This document shows positions 49,419 through 59,254 of a stretch of DNA of 64,000 bases, piece by piece (within the stretch, counting starts at the first letter, position 1; every line of letters begins with the position of its first letter). The stretch comes from an uncultured Gemmatimonadales bacterium (GTDB lineage: Bacteria; Gemmatimonadota; Gemmatimonadetes; Gemmatimonadales; GWC2-71-9): NCBI GenBank assembly GCA_963771275.1, contig CAVYSW010000009.1, positions 160,001-224,000 of the forward strand, written 5' to 3'. The notes under the pieces were generated by a model. The model saw only the letters and a list, made by a program, of their open reading frames with translations. It had not been told where the DNA came from and did not search any database. The position numbers and the translations under genes were made by a program.

Positions 49419-50687
49419 ATGCAGCGCGCCCGGCTGCTCGTGCGTCTCGCGCTCCGCAACCTGCGACGCCAGGTCCGCCGCAGCTTCCTCACCGCCTCGG
49501 CCATGGTGGTGAGCCTCATCCTGCTGGTGTTCTCGCGCTCGATCGCCGACGGCGGCCACGACAAGTGGATCGACGGCGGCGTCCGGCTCGGCTCGGGCCA
49601 CCTCGCGTTTCAGGCACCGGCCTACGCCGCACGCCACGCGATCGAGAACAGCCTGCGCGCGTCCGACGTGGCGGCGATCGACCAGGCGCTCGACGCGCCC
49701 GGGATCCGCGGGCACGTCGCGGCCGTCGCGCACCGAGTCGAAGTGGCGGGGCTCGCCGCCTCCGCCGCCGCCGCCGTGCCGGTCGCCGTCCAGGGCGTGA
49801 ACCCGGACGAGGAACCGGCCTTCTCCGAGATGGACCGCCGGCTGGTGGACGGCCGGTACCTCCAGGCGGACGACCGGCTGGCCGGCTACGTCGGCGAAGG
49901 GCTCGCGCGCCGGCTCCGCCTGCGGCTGGGCGACCGCCTCGTCCTCACCGCCCAGGCCCTCGACAGCTCCATCACGGAGCAGCTGGTCCGGGTCGTCGGG
50001 ACGTTCCGCACCGGCATCCCCGAGGTGGATCAGGGACTCCTCCAGATTCCGCTGCCCACGGCGCAGAACTGGCTCGGCCTGGACCACGCAGTCACGACGG
50101 TCGGCGTGCTGCTGGACGACAGCTGGGTCACGGACCGGCTCGTGGGCCGGGCCCGGACCCTGCTGGCCACGCAGGCGGACCGGATCGCCGTGCTCTCGTG
50201 GCGTCGCGCCATGCCGGAGCTCGACGCCGCCGTCCGCGTCGACGACGCCGGCGACTACATCTTCCACGCCGTGCTGTTCCTCATCGTGGCGCTCGCCATC
50301 GTGAACACAGTCCTCATGTCGGTGCTGCAGCGCACGCGCGAGTTCGGCGTGATCAGAGCCCTGGGCCTTCGCCGGCGCGACTCGGCAACCCTGGTGACGC
50401 TCGAGACCATGCTGCTGGCGCTGCTGAGCGGCGTCGTGGGCATTGCCCTCGGCCTCGCGCTCACGTGGGGGCTGTTCCGGCACGGCATCGACTTGACGCG
50501 CTTCATGGGCGACCAGTTCACGGCGGCGGGCACCGTCATCGACCCGGTGTTCGTGCCGCAGTTCCGCCTTACCCAGCTCGTCCAGAGTCTCGTGTTCACC
50601 GTCGTGATCGGGCTGCTGGCCTCGCTGTATCCGGCCTGGCGCGCGACCCGGATCGACATCACCGAGGCCATGAAATTCGAAGGATGA
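49419..50687 (+). CDS. ABC transporter permease (MacB/FtsX, LolC/E-like)
   Basis: LRNLRRQVRRS, MSVLQRTREFGVIRALG, SLYPAWRA. Confidence 0.9.
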   Translation: MQRARLLVRLALRNLRRQVRRSFLTASAMVVSLILLVFSRSIADGGHDKWIDGGVRLGSGHLAFQAPAYAARHAIENSLRASDVAAIDQALDAPGIRGHVAAVAHRVEVAGLAASAAAAVPVAVQGVNPDEEPAFSEMDRRLVDGRYLQADDRLAGYVGEGLARRLRLRLGDRLVLTAQALDSSITEQLVRVVGTFRTGIPEVDQGLLQIPLPTAQNWLGLDHAVTTVGVLLDDSWVTDRLVGRARTLLATQADRIAVLSWRRAMPELDAAVRVDDAGDYIFHAVLFLIVALAIVNTVLMSVLQRTREFGVIRALGLRRRDSATLVTLETMLLALLSGVVGIALGLALTWGLFRHGIDLTRFMGDQFTAAGTVIDPVFVPQFRLTQLVQSLVFTVVIGLLASLYPAWRATRIDITEAMKFEG

Positions 50688-51382
50688 CTCCCGATCGCCG
50701 ACCCGCCGTCCGCACCGACGCGGTGTGGAAGATCTACGAGCACGACGGCATCGCCGTCGAGGCCGTGCGCGCCGTCACCTTGCGGATCGAGCCGGGTGAG
50801 TTCGTCGTGCTCGCCGGGCCGTCCGGCTCGGGCAAGACCACCCTGCTCAACCTGCTCGGCGGCCTCACGCGCCCGAGCCGCGGGCGGGTGTGGATCGACG
50901 AGCGCGACATCACCGACATGACCGAGCCCCAGCTCGCCCAGCTCCGCCTCGAGCGGCTCGGCTTCGTGTTTCAGGCCTACAACCTGCTCCCCGTGCTCAC
51001 CGCCCTGGAGAACGCCGAGTTCACCCTGCTGCTCCGCGGTCGCCCGGAGGGCGAGCGCCACCGGCAGGTCCGCGCGCTGTTCGAGAAGATCGGCATCGGC
51101 GGGCTCGAGGATCGCCGCCCGGGGAAGCTGTCCGGCGGCCAGCAACAGCGGGTGGCCGTGGCACGCGCGGTGGTCGGCGAGCCCGCCCTGGTGCTGGCTG
51201 ACGAGCCGACCGCCAATCTCGACCGTGCCGCGAGCAACGCGCTGCTGGACGTGATGACCACGCTCAACCAGGAGCTGGGCACCACCTTCGTCTTCGCCAC
51301 GCACGATACCGACCTCATGGCGCGCGCCCGGCGGCTGATCCGGCTCGTCGACGGTGCGATCACGTCCGACGTCCGCCCGTAG
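50684..51382 (+). CDS. ABC transporter ATP-binding protein (LolD-like)
   Basis: GPSGSGKT, LSGGQQQR, LADEPTANLD, THD; ATGA overlap. Confidence 0.95.
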   Translation: MTPDRRPAVRTDAVWKIYEHDGIAVEAVRAVTLRIEPGEFVVLAGPSGSGKTTLLNLLGGLTRPSRGRVWIDERDITDMTEPQLAQLRLERLGFVFQAYNLLPVLTALENAEFTLLLRGRPEGERHRQVRALFEKIGIGGLEDRRPGKLSGGQQQRVAVARAVVGEPALVLADEPTANLDRAASNALLDVMTTLNQELGTTFVFATHDTDLMARARRLIRLVDGAITSDVRP

Positions 51383-52562
51383 GCGCTCGGCGGCGCGCGC
51401 GATCGCGCCCTTCCTGCTGGCGCTCGGCGGCGCGGCGCCGCTCACCGCCCAACAGGGGGTCGGTGGCTACGCGCTCAACGTGTTCCTCGGTGCCGGCGAC
51501 GGCCCGTTCAGTGCGGCCGGCGTGCAGGATTTCCAGCGGCTGCGCCTGATGCTCAAGCCGGCGCGCGGCGCCGTATCGCTCGATCTCGCCTACGAACAGC
51601 TCCTCACCGTCGCCACGACGACCGGCCTGCGGGCGTTCGCCACGTCGCTCGGCCAACCCGCCGGCAGCGGCGACTGGCTGCCGCTCCAAGGAACGATCGC
51701 CGCGGGGGCGCATGCGACGTGGCGCCACCGCGTGGACCGGCTCGCCGTCACCGTCGCGCGACCGCTCGGCGAACTGGCCCTCGGGCGGCAACCCATGTCC
51801 TGGGCCACGACCCTGTTCCTCACCCCCGCCGATCCGTTCGCGCCGTTCGACCCGGCCGACCCGTTCCGCGAGTACCGCGCCGGCGTCGACGCGGCGCGCG
51901 TGCGCGTGTTCCCCAGTGCCATGAGCGAGCTGGAAGCGGTCGTCCGGCCGGCCACGTTCGACTCGGTCACCACGGTAACCGCCCTGGCGCGCGGCAAGAT
52001 CGCCGTGGGCCGGATCGAGCTGGCCGGATGGGGCGGCGTGCTGCACGACCGGGCCGCGGGCGCGCTGGGCGTCACGATCAGGGTGGCGGGGGCGGTGCTC
52101 CGCTCCGAAGCCGCCCTGCGCCGTGCGGGTGATACGACGGTGGTCCGGCTGGCCGTCGGCGCCGATCGGACGTTCGAGATCGCGGGCCGCACGCTGTACG
52201 TGCTGGCCGAATACCAGCGGGACGGCTTCGGCGCGGCCGGCGCCGGTGGGCTCCCAACGGTGCTCGGCTCGGCGCCCTACCGGCGCGGCGAGCTGCAGGT
52301 ACTGGGCCGCCACGAAATCATGGCGCAGGCGACCTATCAACTGCATCCGCTCGTCCGCCTCGAGACGCTGAGCGTGTGGAACGCGGGGGACGGCAGCGCG
52401 CTGCTGGCGCCGGCCGTCGGGTATGACGCCCTGGCGAATCTCGGGTTCCGCCTGGGGGCCTTCGTGGGGATCGGCGCCCGACGGACGGCGGCCGGGTTCC
52501 CGGGCTCGGAGTACGGGGCGGTGCCGGTCGCGGGGTACCTCTCGGGGAGCTTCTTCTTCTAG
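51354..52562 (+). CDS. Putative outer-membrane beta-barrel protein
   Basis: Signal peptide, LGRQPMSW, GVDAAR, alternating beta strands, C-terminal aromatic YLSGSFFF. Confidence 0.7.
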   Translation: MRSRPTSARRRSAARAIAPFLLALGGAAPLTAQQGVGGYALNVFLGAGDGPFSAAGVQDFQRLRLMLKPARGAVSLDLAYEQLLTVATTTGLRAFATSLGQPAGSGDWLPLQGTIAAGAHATWRHRVDRLAVTVARPLGELALGRQPMSWATTLFLTPADPFAPFDPADPFREYRAGVDAARVRVFPSAMSELEAVVRPATFDSVTTVTALARGKIAVGRIELAGWGGVLHDRAAGALGVTIRVAGAVLRSEAALRRAGDTTVVRLAVGADRTFEIAGRTLYVLAEYQRDGFGAAGAGGLPTVLGSAPYRRGELQVLGRHEIMAQATYQLHPLVRLETLSVWNAGDGSALLAPAVGYDALANLGFRLGAFVGIGARRTAAGFPGSEYGAVPVAGYLSGSFFF

Positions 52563-52654
52563 AATGTCCGACAGAATGTCCAATGTCCAATGTCCAATAT
52601 CCAATGCTCAAGTCCTTGGACATTGGATATTGAGCATTGGACATCGGACATTCT
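52561..52654. repeat. Palindromic heptamer element, copy 3
   Basis: Terminal inverted repeat AGAATGTCCGA/TCGGACATTCT enclosing AATGTCC-type units and their reverse complements; fills the gap between two convergent stop codons. Confidence 0.9.
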
Positions 52655-54114
52655 CACAGGTAGGGTGAGGCGAGCCGGGCGATCCCGTTCCGGAGACGCC
52701 GCGGCAGCGACATGCCGTCCAGCTCCGCCGCCGTGACGAGGCGACCGCTCGCGCGCTTCTCGTCCATGAAGTGCCCCAGCTGCTCGCCCAGCGCCGGGTC
52801 GTAGCACTCCACGTTGAACTCGAAGTTGAGCCGCAGGCTGCGCGGGTCCCAGTTGGCGGACCCGATCAGGATCCACGCGCCGTCCACGAGCATCAGCTTG
52901 GTGTGGTCGAACGGCGGAGGCGTGTAGTACACGGTGCAGGCGTTCTTCACGAACTGCCAGAGCAGCGCCTGCGACGCCCAGTCGGCGAGCGGGTGGTTGT
53001 TCTGCGCGGGCAGCAGGATCTCGACCCGCACGCCGCGGAGCGCCGCGACGTTGAGCATGGCGGTGAGGGTCGCGTCCGGCAGGAAGTAGGGGGTCATGAT
53101 GCGGATCGACTCCGCCGCCACGCCGAGCGCGCCCTGGATCACCCAGCGCAGCTTCTCGAAGTCCTCGTCGGGACCGTCGGCGATGCCGCGCGCGGCGACC
53201 GTTCCCGCCCGGGCCGGCTCGGGCAACCAGTCAGGGCCGGCGAGCAGTTCCCCCGTGGTGAATACCCAGTCCTCGGCAAACGCCTCCATCAGGTGCTGCA
53301 CGACCGGGCCATCCACCTGAAAGTGGAGATCCTGCACGGGGTGCCTGGCGTGCGCTGTCACGAGATGATCCTGCCGCAGGTTCATGCCGCCCGTGAACCC
53401 CACCGCCCCGTCGACGACCAGGAGCTTGCGGTGATTGCGCAGGTTCCAGAACGGCGCGCGCCACGGCGCGATCGTCGGCATGAAGCGCGCGACCCGGATG
53501 CCGCGTTGCTGGAGCAGGGGCACGACGGGGGGCCATGAGAAGCGGGAACCCAGGCCGTCGATCAGCACGCGGGTCTGCACGCCGCGGCGCGTTGCCCGCT
53601 CCAGCGCGTCCACGAACGCCCTGCCCGCGGGATCATTGTCGAAGATGAAGGTCGAGAGCGCGATCGAGCGCCGCGCATCGTCGATGGCGGCGATCATGGC
53701 CGGGTAGGCGGCATCGCCGTTCACCAGCGGGGTCACCGCGTTGCCCGCCGTGAGCGGCCGGCGACACACGCGATCCACCAGGCGGGCAAGCGTGCCCAGG
53801 TGCCGGTGCTCGTCACCGAGCACGTCCCCGAGGGCCGCGGCAGCGCCACCGAGCGCGGCGTAGGCGCCCGACAGCCGCCGGGTCTCGCCCCGCAGCATCG
53901 CCGCCCGCCGCCGTATTCGATTCACGCCGAGCAGCGCGTACAGCACCGCGCCAACGACCGGGACGAGCCAGATGAGCCCGACCCACGAGACCGCGGCTCG
54001 AGTGTCCCGCTTGTAGAGAATCGCGTGCCCCGACGCGACGATCGCGAGGAGCAGGGTGAGGGCGGCGGCGACCCAGTAGCCCAGCTCGGAGAGGAATGCG
54101 ACGAGCCGATCCAT
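52654..54114 (-). CDS. cls: Cardiolipin synthase (phospholipase D family)
   Basis: Two N-terminal TM helices; NHRKLLVVD and DHTKLMLVD HKD motifs. Confidence 0.9.
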   Translation of the reverse strand: MDRLVAFLSELGYWVAAALTLLLAIVASGHAILYKRDTRAAVSWVGLIWLVPVVGAVLYALLGVNRIRRRAAMLRGETRRLSGAYAALGGAAAALGDVLGDEHRHLGTLARLVDRVCRRPLTAGNAVTPLVNGDAAYPAMIAAIDDARRSIALSTFIFDNDPAGRAFVDALERATRRGVQTRVLIDGLGSRFSWPPVVPLLQQRGIRVARFMPTIAPWRAPFWNLRNHRKLLVVDGAVGFTGGMNLRQDHLVTAHARHPVQDLHFQVDGPVVQHLMEAFAEDWVFTTGELLAGPDWLPEPARAGTVAARGIADGPDEDFEKLRWVIQGALGVAAESIRIMTPYFLPDATLTAMLNVAALRGVRVEILLPAQNNHPLADWASQALLWQFVKNACTVYYTPPPFDHTKLMLVDGAWILIGSANWDPRSLRLNFEFNVECYDPALGEQLGHFMDEKRASGRLVTAAELDGMSLPRRLRNGIARLASPYL

Positions 54115-54142
54115 GCTCACGAAACTACCTGCCGCCCGCCTA

Positions 54143-54338
54143 TTGACAAATCCCGGACCGACTTACACGTTAGCCCCGCATCTTCGCAGTCGGACGCAGG
54201 ACGCACGTCTTGTCGCTCTTCCTGGACCGGATACGCACCGCCGCGGACCACCCGCGGGCGGTGCGTTTGTGTTTGATGCCGACCAGGGTGGCCGGCGCGT
54301 AACGGGCGGAAGCCCACAGTCGCAGGAGCGGAACGCGT
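54143..54338 (+). promoter_or_regulatory. csp promoter and long 5' UTR with terminator-like hairpin
   Basis: TTGACA at 54143-54148; hairpin ACGCACCGCC...GGCGGTGCGT (54233-54266) followed by TTGTGTTTG; AGGAG RBS. Confidence 0.55.
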
Positions 54339-54545
54339 ATGGCGCAGGGAACGGTGAAGTGGTTCAACGACGCGAAGGGGTTTGGGTTCGTGCAGCAGGA
54401 CAACGGCCCGGACGTCTTCGTCCACCACACGGCAATCACCATGGACGGCTTCCGCTCGCTGCAGGAGGGCGACCGCGTGGAGTTCGAGATCAAGGAGGGG
54501 CCCAAGGGGCTCCAGGCGGCAAACGTGCGCAAGGTCCAGAAGTGA
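54339..54545 (+). CDS. Cold-shock protein (CspA family)
   Basis: [29 protein letters not shown]. Confidence 0.97.
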   Translation: MAQGTVKWFNDAKGFGFVQQDNGPDVFVHHTAITMDGFRSLQEGDRVEFEIKEGPKGLQAANVRKVQK

Positions 54546-54632
54546 GGGCGCGGGAGCGCCCCACCAGGTCGTAACCACGCCGGCGCCGGGCCGCGGGGCG
54601 GCCCGGCGTCTTTGCGTCTCGTTCCCGATTCG

Positions 54633-55175
54633 CTATCTGCCCTGCCCCACGGGGTGCACGTTCTCGCTCCACCCCGCCACCGGCTCCACCGTATAGATCG
54701 CCTCCGGGTCCGCGGCGCGCGCGGCCGCCACCACCAGCGGGACGCGCCGTCCAATCGCCGAAACGAAAACCAGGGTCGCCGGCCCCGCGGGCGTCGAGCC
54801 GCGGAACGTGGCAAGCACCCGGCCGTCCGGCGCGATCGCCCGTGCAATCTCGTTCGCCCTGCCGCGCGAGATGATGCGCACCAGGTAGCGCCCGAGCGAT
54901 ACCCGCCGCTCGACAATCATCCCCACGCCCGTCCCCGCCGAGAACCCCGCCGCGTAGAACACCGCGAGCCAGAACGAGTGCTGGATGCGGATGACGACCT
55001 GGGAGATGGCCGTCACCCAGACGAGCACCTCGAAGAACGCGAGCGTCACGGCGAGCCGGGCGCGGCCCTGGATCATCGAGATGGTCCGCACCGTGCTGAT
55101 CGGGACGTCGATGATCCGGAGACAGAAGATGCCGAGGCCGAGGAGCCAGATCGGAAGCGAGTCGAGAGTAGACAT
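54633..55175 (-). CDS. DUF2179/DUF5698 (UPF0316-like) membrane protein
   Basis: IFCLRIIDV...TVRTI, AFFEVLVW, YAAGFSAG, DPEA. Confidence 0.8.
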   Translation of the reverse strand: MSTLDSLPIWLLGLGIFCLRIIDVPISTVRTISMIQGRARLAVTLAFFEVLVWVTAISQVVIRIQHSFWLAVFYAAGFSAGTGVGMIVERRVSLGRYLVRIISRGRANEIARAIAPDGRVLATFRGSTPAGPATLVFVSAIGRRVPLVVAAARAADPEAIYTVEPVAGWSENVHPVGQGR

Positions 55176-55257
55176 GGACTGAAGTCTAGACGCCTGGACG
55201 GCATGCCGCCCGACCGCCTAAACTGTCTCCGTCTCCAACCCCCGGCCCCGGCCGCCC

Positions 55258-56937
55258 ATGCCCGGACCCCAGTACGTCTTCACCATGTACAACCTCCGGA
55301 AGGTCGTCCCGCCCCAGCGGGAGGTCCTGAAGGGGATCAATCTCGCGTTCTTTCCGGGGGCCAAGATCGGGGTGATCGGCGCGAACGGCGCCGGCAAGAG
55401 CTCGCTGCTCCGCATCATGGCGGGCGTGGATCACGACTTTCAGGGCGAGGCGCGTCCCGCCAACGGGTTGCGCATCGGCTACCTGGCGCAGGAGCCGACG
55501 CTCAACCCCTCCAAAGACGTGCGTGGCAACGTCGAGGAAGCCGTGGCGCCGATCCGGGCGCTCGTCGCCGAGTTCGAGCAGGTGAGCGCGCGGTTCGCCG
55601 AGCCGATGACCGACGACGCGATGACCACCCTGCTGGAGCGCCAGGGCGACCTGCAGAACCGGATCGAGGCGCTCGGCGCCTGGGAGCTGGACCGCCGGCT
55701 GGACGTCGCGATGGACGCGCTGCGCTGCCCACCGGGCGACCAGGACGTGGCGACGCTCTCGGGCGGCGAGAAACGCCGCGTGGCGCTCTGCCGCCTGTTG
55801 CTCGAGCAGCCCGACATGCTGCTGCTGGACGAGCCGACCAACCACCTCGACGCCGAGTCGGTGGCGTGGCTCGAGCACTACCTGGCCGAGTTTCCCGGCA
55901 CGGTCGTCGCGGTGACGCACGACCGCTACTTCCTCGACAACGTGGCGCAGTGGATCCTCGAGCTCGAGCGGGGCGAGGGCATTCCGTGGAAGGGGAACTA
56001 CTCCTCCTGGCTCGACCAGAAGCGCCAGCGCCTCACCGTAGAAGAGAAGCAGGCCTCCGCGCGGCGGCGCACGCTCGAGCGCGAGCTCGAGTGGATCCGC
56101 ATGAGCCCGCGCGCGCGGCACGCCAAGTCGAAGGCGCGCATCTCGGCGTTCGAGGACCTCGCCGCCCAGAAGGGACCGGACCGTGATGCCGGGGCCGAGA
56201 TCCTGATCCCGCGGCCGCCGCGACTGGGCGACGACGTGGTCATTGCGGAGGGCGTGGCCAAGGGGTTCGGCGACCGGCTGCTGTTCGAGAACCTGAGCTT
56301 CCGGCTGCCGCGCGGCGGCATCGTCGGCGTGATCGGCCCGAACGGGGCCGGCAAGACGACGCTGTTCCGGATGATCGTGGGCCAGGACCAGCCAACGGCG
56401 GGCGCGCTGCGCGTCGGACCGACCGTCGTCACGCGCTACGTGGACCAGACGCGCGAGGCGCTGGATCCGGCGAAGACGGTGTTTCAGGAAATCACGGGGG
56501 GCGCGGACCAGCTCGATTTCGGCGACCGTGAGGTGAATGCCCGCGCCTACTGCGCGAGCTTCGGGTTCCGCGGCGCCGACCAGCAGAAGAAGGTAGCGGG
56601 CCTGTCGGGCGGCGAGCGCAACCGGCTCCACCTCGCCAAGCTGCTCAAGGGCGGGGGCAACCTGCTGCTGCTGGACGAGCCGTCGAACGATCTCGACGTG
56701 GACACGCTGCGCGCGCTCGAGGACGCGGTGCTCGCCTTCCCGGGCTGCGTCGTCGTCGTGAGCCACGACCGCTGGTTCCTCGACCGGATCGCGACGCACA
56801 TTCTGGCGTTCGAGGGCGACAGCCAGGTGTTCTGGTACGAGGGCAACTACCAGGAGTACGCGGCGGACTACCGGAGGCGGAAGGGCGCCGAGGCGGACCG
56901 CCCGCACCGGATCAAGTACCGGCGGCTGCACGGGTAG
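55258..56937 (+). CDS. ettA: Energy-dependent translational throttle ABC-F protein
   Basis: QYVFTM, FFPGAKIGVIGANGAGKS, two ABC domains, GIPWKGNYSSWL, HRIKYRRL. Confidence 0.95.
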   Translation: MPGPQYVFTMYNLRKVVPPQREVLKGINLAFFPGAKIGVIGANGAGKSSLLRIMAGVDHDFQGEARPANGLRIGYLAQEPTLNPSKDVRGNVEEAVAPIRALVAEFEQVSARFAEPMTDDAMTTLLERQGDLQNRIEALGAWELDRRLDVAMDALRCPPGDQDVATLSGGEKRRVALCRLLLEQPDMLLLDEPTNHLDAESVAWLEHYLAEFPGTVVAVTHDRYFLDNVAQWILELERGEGIPWKGNYSSWLDQKRQRLTVEEKQASARRRTLERELEWIRMSPRARHAKSKARISAFEDLAAQKGPDRDAGAEILIPRPPRLGDDVVIAEGVAKGFGDRLLFENLSFRLPRGGIVGVIGPNGAGKTTLFRMIVGQDQPTAGALRVGPTVVTRYVDQTREALDPAKTVFQEITGGADQLDFGDREVNARAYCASFGFRGADQQKKVAGLSGGERNRLHLAKLLKGGGNLLLLDEPSNDLDVDTLRALEDAVLAFPGCVVVVSHDRWFLDRIATHILAFEGDSQVFWYEGNYQEYAADYRRRKGAEADRPHRIKYRRLHG

Positions 56938-56959
56938 ACCGACGGGACCGACGCACCCG

Positions 56960-58108
56960 TCAGAGCCACCCCCACATCACCTGCTTCTCGAAGACGACCT
57001 TCCCCAGGTGCCACAGCGGGCTGGGGCGCCGCATGCGCACCGCCGGCCGCGGCTCGGCGTAGAAGTTCCCGCTGCCGAATCCGGCGCCGCCGGCGCCGGT
57101 CTCGATGAAACACGCACCGTACCCGTCGAACCGCGCCGTCGTCTCCCGGCCGGCGATGGTTGCGGCGATGTTGTGCGCCACCGCCTTGGCCTGCGCGTGC
57201 GCGAACACGCCCGCCCGCGGCAGCGGCCTGCCCATGGCGAGCGGAATGAGCGTCACGTCCCCCACGGCGTACACGTTGGGGAAGCTGGTTTCCATGGTGT
57301 GCCGATCCACCCGTACCCAGCCGCTCTCGTCCACCAGGCCGGAGCCGCGCAGGGCCTCGGGCGGTGCGATGGGCGGGACGTACACGAGGAGGTCATAGCC
57401 CACCGAGGCGCCGTCGGTGAACGCCACGCGCCCCTGCTCGGCGCGGGCGATCTGGTGTTCCGGGTGATAGGCGATTCCCTTGGCCGCGAGCATGCCCCGC
57501 ACCGCGGCGGACGCATCCGGCCCCGCGACGCCCATGGGCGCGGGCTCGGCCGAGTGGACCTCGATCGTAGAGCCATCGCGCTCGCCCCGTTTCCGCAGCA
57601 GGGCGTCAATCAGCATGGCCGCCTCGTACGGCGCGGCCGGGCACTTGTAGGCCGGCGCCGCCGTGAGCACCACGACGCGTCCCCCCTGGAACCGCGCGAG
57701 CGTGTCGCGCAGGGCGACCGCGCCGTCGAGCGTGCAGAACGTATGACCCCACTCCACCAGACCCGGGACGGCTTCCGGCGCGAACTGCGCGCCGAGCGCC
57801 ACCACCACGTGATCGGCTTCGAGGAGTCGGCCGGCGACGACGGCCCGCTGCTCCGCCGGCTCGATGCGCTCGACCTCGCCATGGACTACCGCGATGCCTT
57901 TCCGGGCGAGGCGGGCCAGCGGGCGCGTGATCTGCGCGGGCCGGCGATCTCCCGTCATGACCCAGAGGAACGACGCGGCCAGCGCGAAGTTGGGCTCCCG
58001 GTCCACCACCACGACCCGGTGGCGTCGGGGCAGCCGCCGCCGCAGCGCGTTGGCGGCGACCACCCCGCCGACGCCGCCGCCGAGCATGAGAATCGTCTGT
58101 TCACGCAT
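56960..58108 (-). CDS. Sulfide:quinone oxidoreductase / FCSD-like flavoprotein
   Basis: LGGGVGG, YKCPAAPYE, VYAVGD, LPRAGVFA, GYGACFIETG. Confidence 0.82.
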   Translation of the reverse strand: MREQTILMLGGGVGGVVAANALRRRLPRRHRVVVVDREPNFALAASFLWVMTGDRRPAQITRPLARLARKGIAVVHGEVERIEPAEQRAVVAGRLLEADHVVVALGAQFAPEAVPGLVEWGHTFCTLDGAVALRDTLARFQGGRVVVLTAAPAYKCPAAPYEAAMLIDALLRKRGERDGSTIEVHSAEPAPMGVAGPDASAAVRGMLAAKGIAYHPEHQIARAEQGRVAFTDGASVGYDLLVYVPPIAPPEALRGSGLVDESGWVRVDRHTMETSFPNVYAVGDVTLIPLAMGRPLPRAGVFAHAQAKAVAHNIAATIAGRETTARFDGYGACFIETGAGGAGFGSGNFYAEPRPAVRMRRPSPLWHLGKVVFEKQVMWGWL

Positions 58109-58452
58109 CAGAACACCAGGACTTTCTCGGCCGTGGCCGTGAGCTGCGTCAGCTCGTCCAGCGTGCTGCGCCGGCTGCCCGCGACGATGTCCTCACTGCG
58201 CAGTCCGCGTGCGTCCATGCAGCTGCCGCACAGGAGCACGTCTCCCCCGCGCGACACGATGCCCTTCAGCATGCGCTCGAGGTTGTAGTAGCCGTTCGGC
58301 GTCTGCTGCCCCGTCCGGGCGGCCGCCGCCGCGTCGCCCATGAGGAACACCGTGACCTTCGCCGCCTCGCGCTTCTGCAGCAGGTTGTGCGCGAGTCGCA
58401 GTCCGTTGTATGTGCGCTCGGTGCCGTAGGGCGGATCGTTCAGGATCAGCAA
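58108..58452 (-). CDS. DsrE/YchN-family sulfur-relay protein
   Basis: NDPPYGTERTYNGLRLA, FLMGDA, CGSCMDARG, KVLVF; TTG start. Confidence 0.88.
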   Translation of the reverse strand: MLILNDPPYGTERTYNGLRLAHNLLQKREAAKVTVFLMGDAAAAARTGQQTPNGYYNLERMLKGIVSRGGDVLLCGSCMDARGLRSEDIVAGSRRSTLDELTQLTATAEKVLVF

Positions 58453-58464
58453 GGTGTGCCTTGG

Positions 58465-59157
58465 CTACCGTGGGTTCGCGCGACGGCCGGGTTCGGGACC
58501 GGTGCCGACGGGGAGCCCGGCGTCGCGCCACTCGGGGTACCCGTCCTTGAGGCGCACCGCCGAGCGCCCGTGCCGGCGGATCGCCCGCACCGCCTCGGCC
58601 GCGAGCACGCAGTGGGGCCCCCGGCAGTACGCCACGACGCCCTTCCCCCGCGGCAGCGCGCGGAGACGCCGCTCCAACTCCGCCAGGGGGACCGACAACG
58701 CGCCCGCGATGTGTCCGGCGGTGTACTCCTCAGGGGGCCGCACGTCGATCACCACCACGTCCCGGCTCCGCACCCGGCGCAGCAGTTCGGCCGACTCCAC
58801 CGGCTCCAGTCCATCCGTGCTCGAGAAGAAGTCATCCACCAGGTGCCCGACCTCGGCGAGCCGAGCCTGAGCGAGGCCCCGCAGGGAGCGGTACCCCTCG
58901 AGCACCAGCGGGTGCGCCAGCCGATAGAACACCTGCAGTCCCTGCTTCCGCGCAACGACGAGCTGCGCGGCTTTGAGGATCTGGAGGTGGCGGGACGTGT
59001 TCGCGACGCTGAGCCCGGACTCCCGCGCCAGCGCCTCGACGTGGCGCTCGCCCTGCGCCAGGAGATCAATGATCTCGATGCGCTTGGGGCTGCCGAACGC
59101 CGCACCAATCCGGGCGAACTCGGCGAACAGGGCGTCCTTGAAGTCGCGGCCGCGCAT
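58465..59157 (-). CDS. ArsR-family regulator fused to a rhodanese domain
   Basis: PKRIEIIDLLAQGER...TSRHLQIL HTH; DVRP, GHIAGA, YCRGPHC, GYPEW. Confidence 0.92.
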   Translation of the reverse strand: MRGRDFKDALFAEFARIGAAFGSPKRIEIIDLLAQGERHVEALARESGLSVANTSRHLQILKAAQLVVARKQGLQVFYRLAHPLVLEGYRSLRGLAQARLAEVGHLVDDFFSSTDGLEPVESAELLRRVRSRDVVVIDVRPPEEYTAGHIAGALSVPLAELERRLRALPRGKGVVAYCRGPHCVLAAEAVRAIRRHGRSAVRLKDGYPEWRDAGLPVGTGPEPGRRANPR

Positions 59158-59175
59158 CGGGTAGCCTCGCAGTAG

Positions 59176-59212
59176 TCAATTAATTGATAGAACAATTGAG
59201 TATTGGCGTCAA
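59176..59212 (-). promoter_or_regulatory. Promoter and palindromic operator between the divergent arsR-rhodanese and doxX units
   Basis: Minus strand TTGACG-17 nt-TATCAA; perfect palindrome TCAATTAATTGA at 59176-59187 overlapping the -10 box. Confidence 0.65.
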
Positions 59213-59254
59213 GCCGGTGACAGTTCATATCCTCCTCCACCCCGGAGAGTCGCC

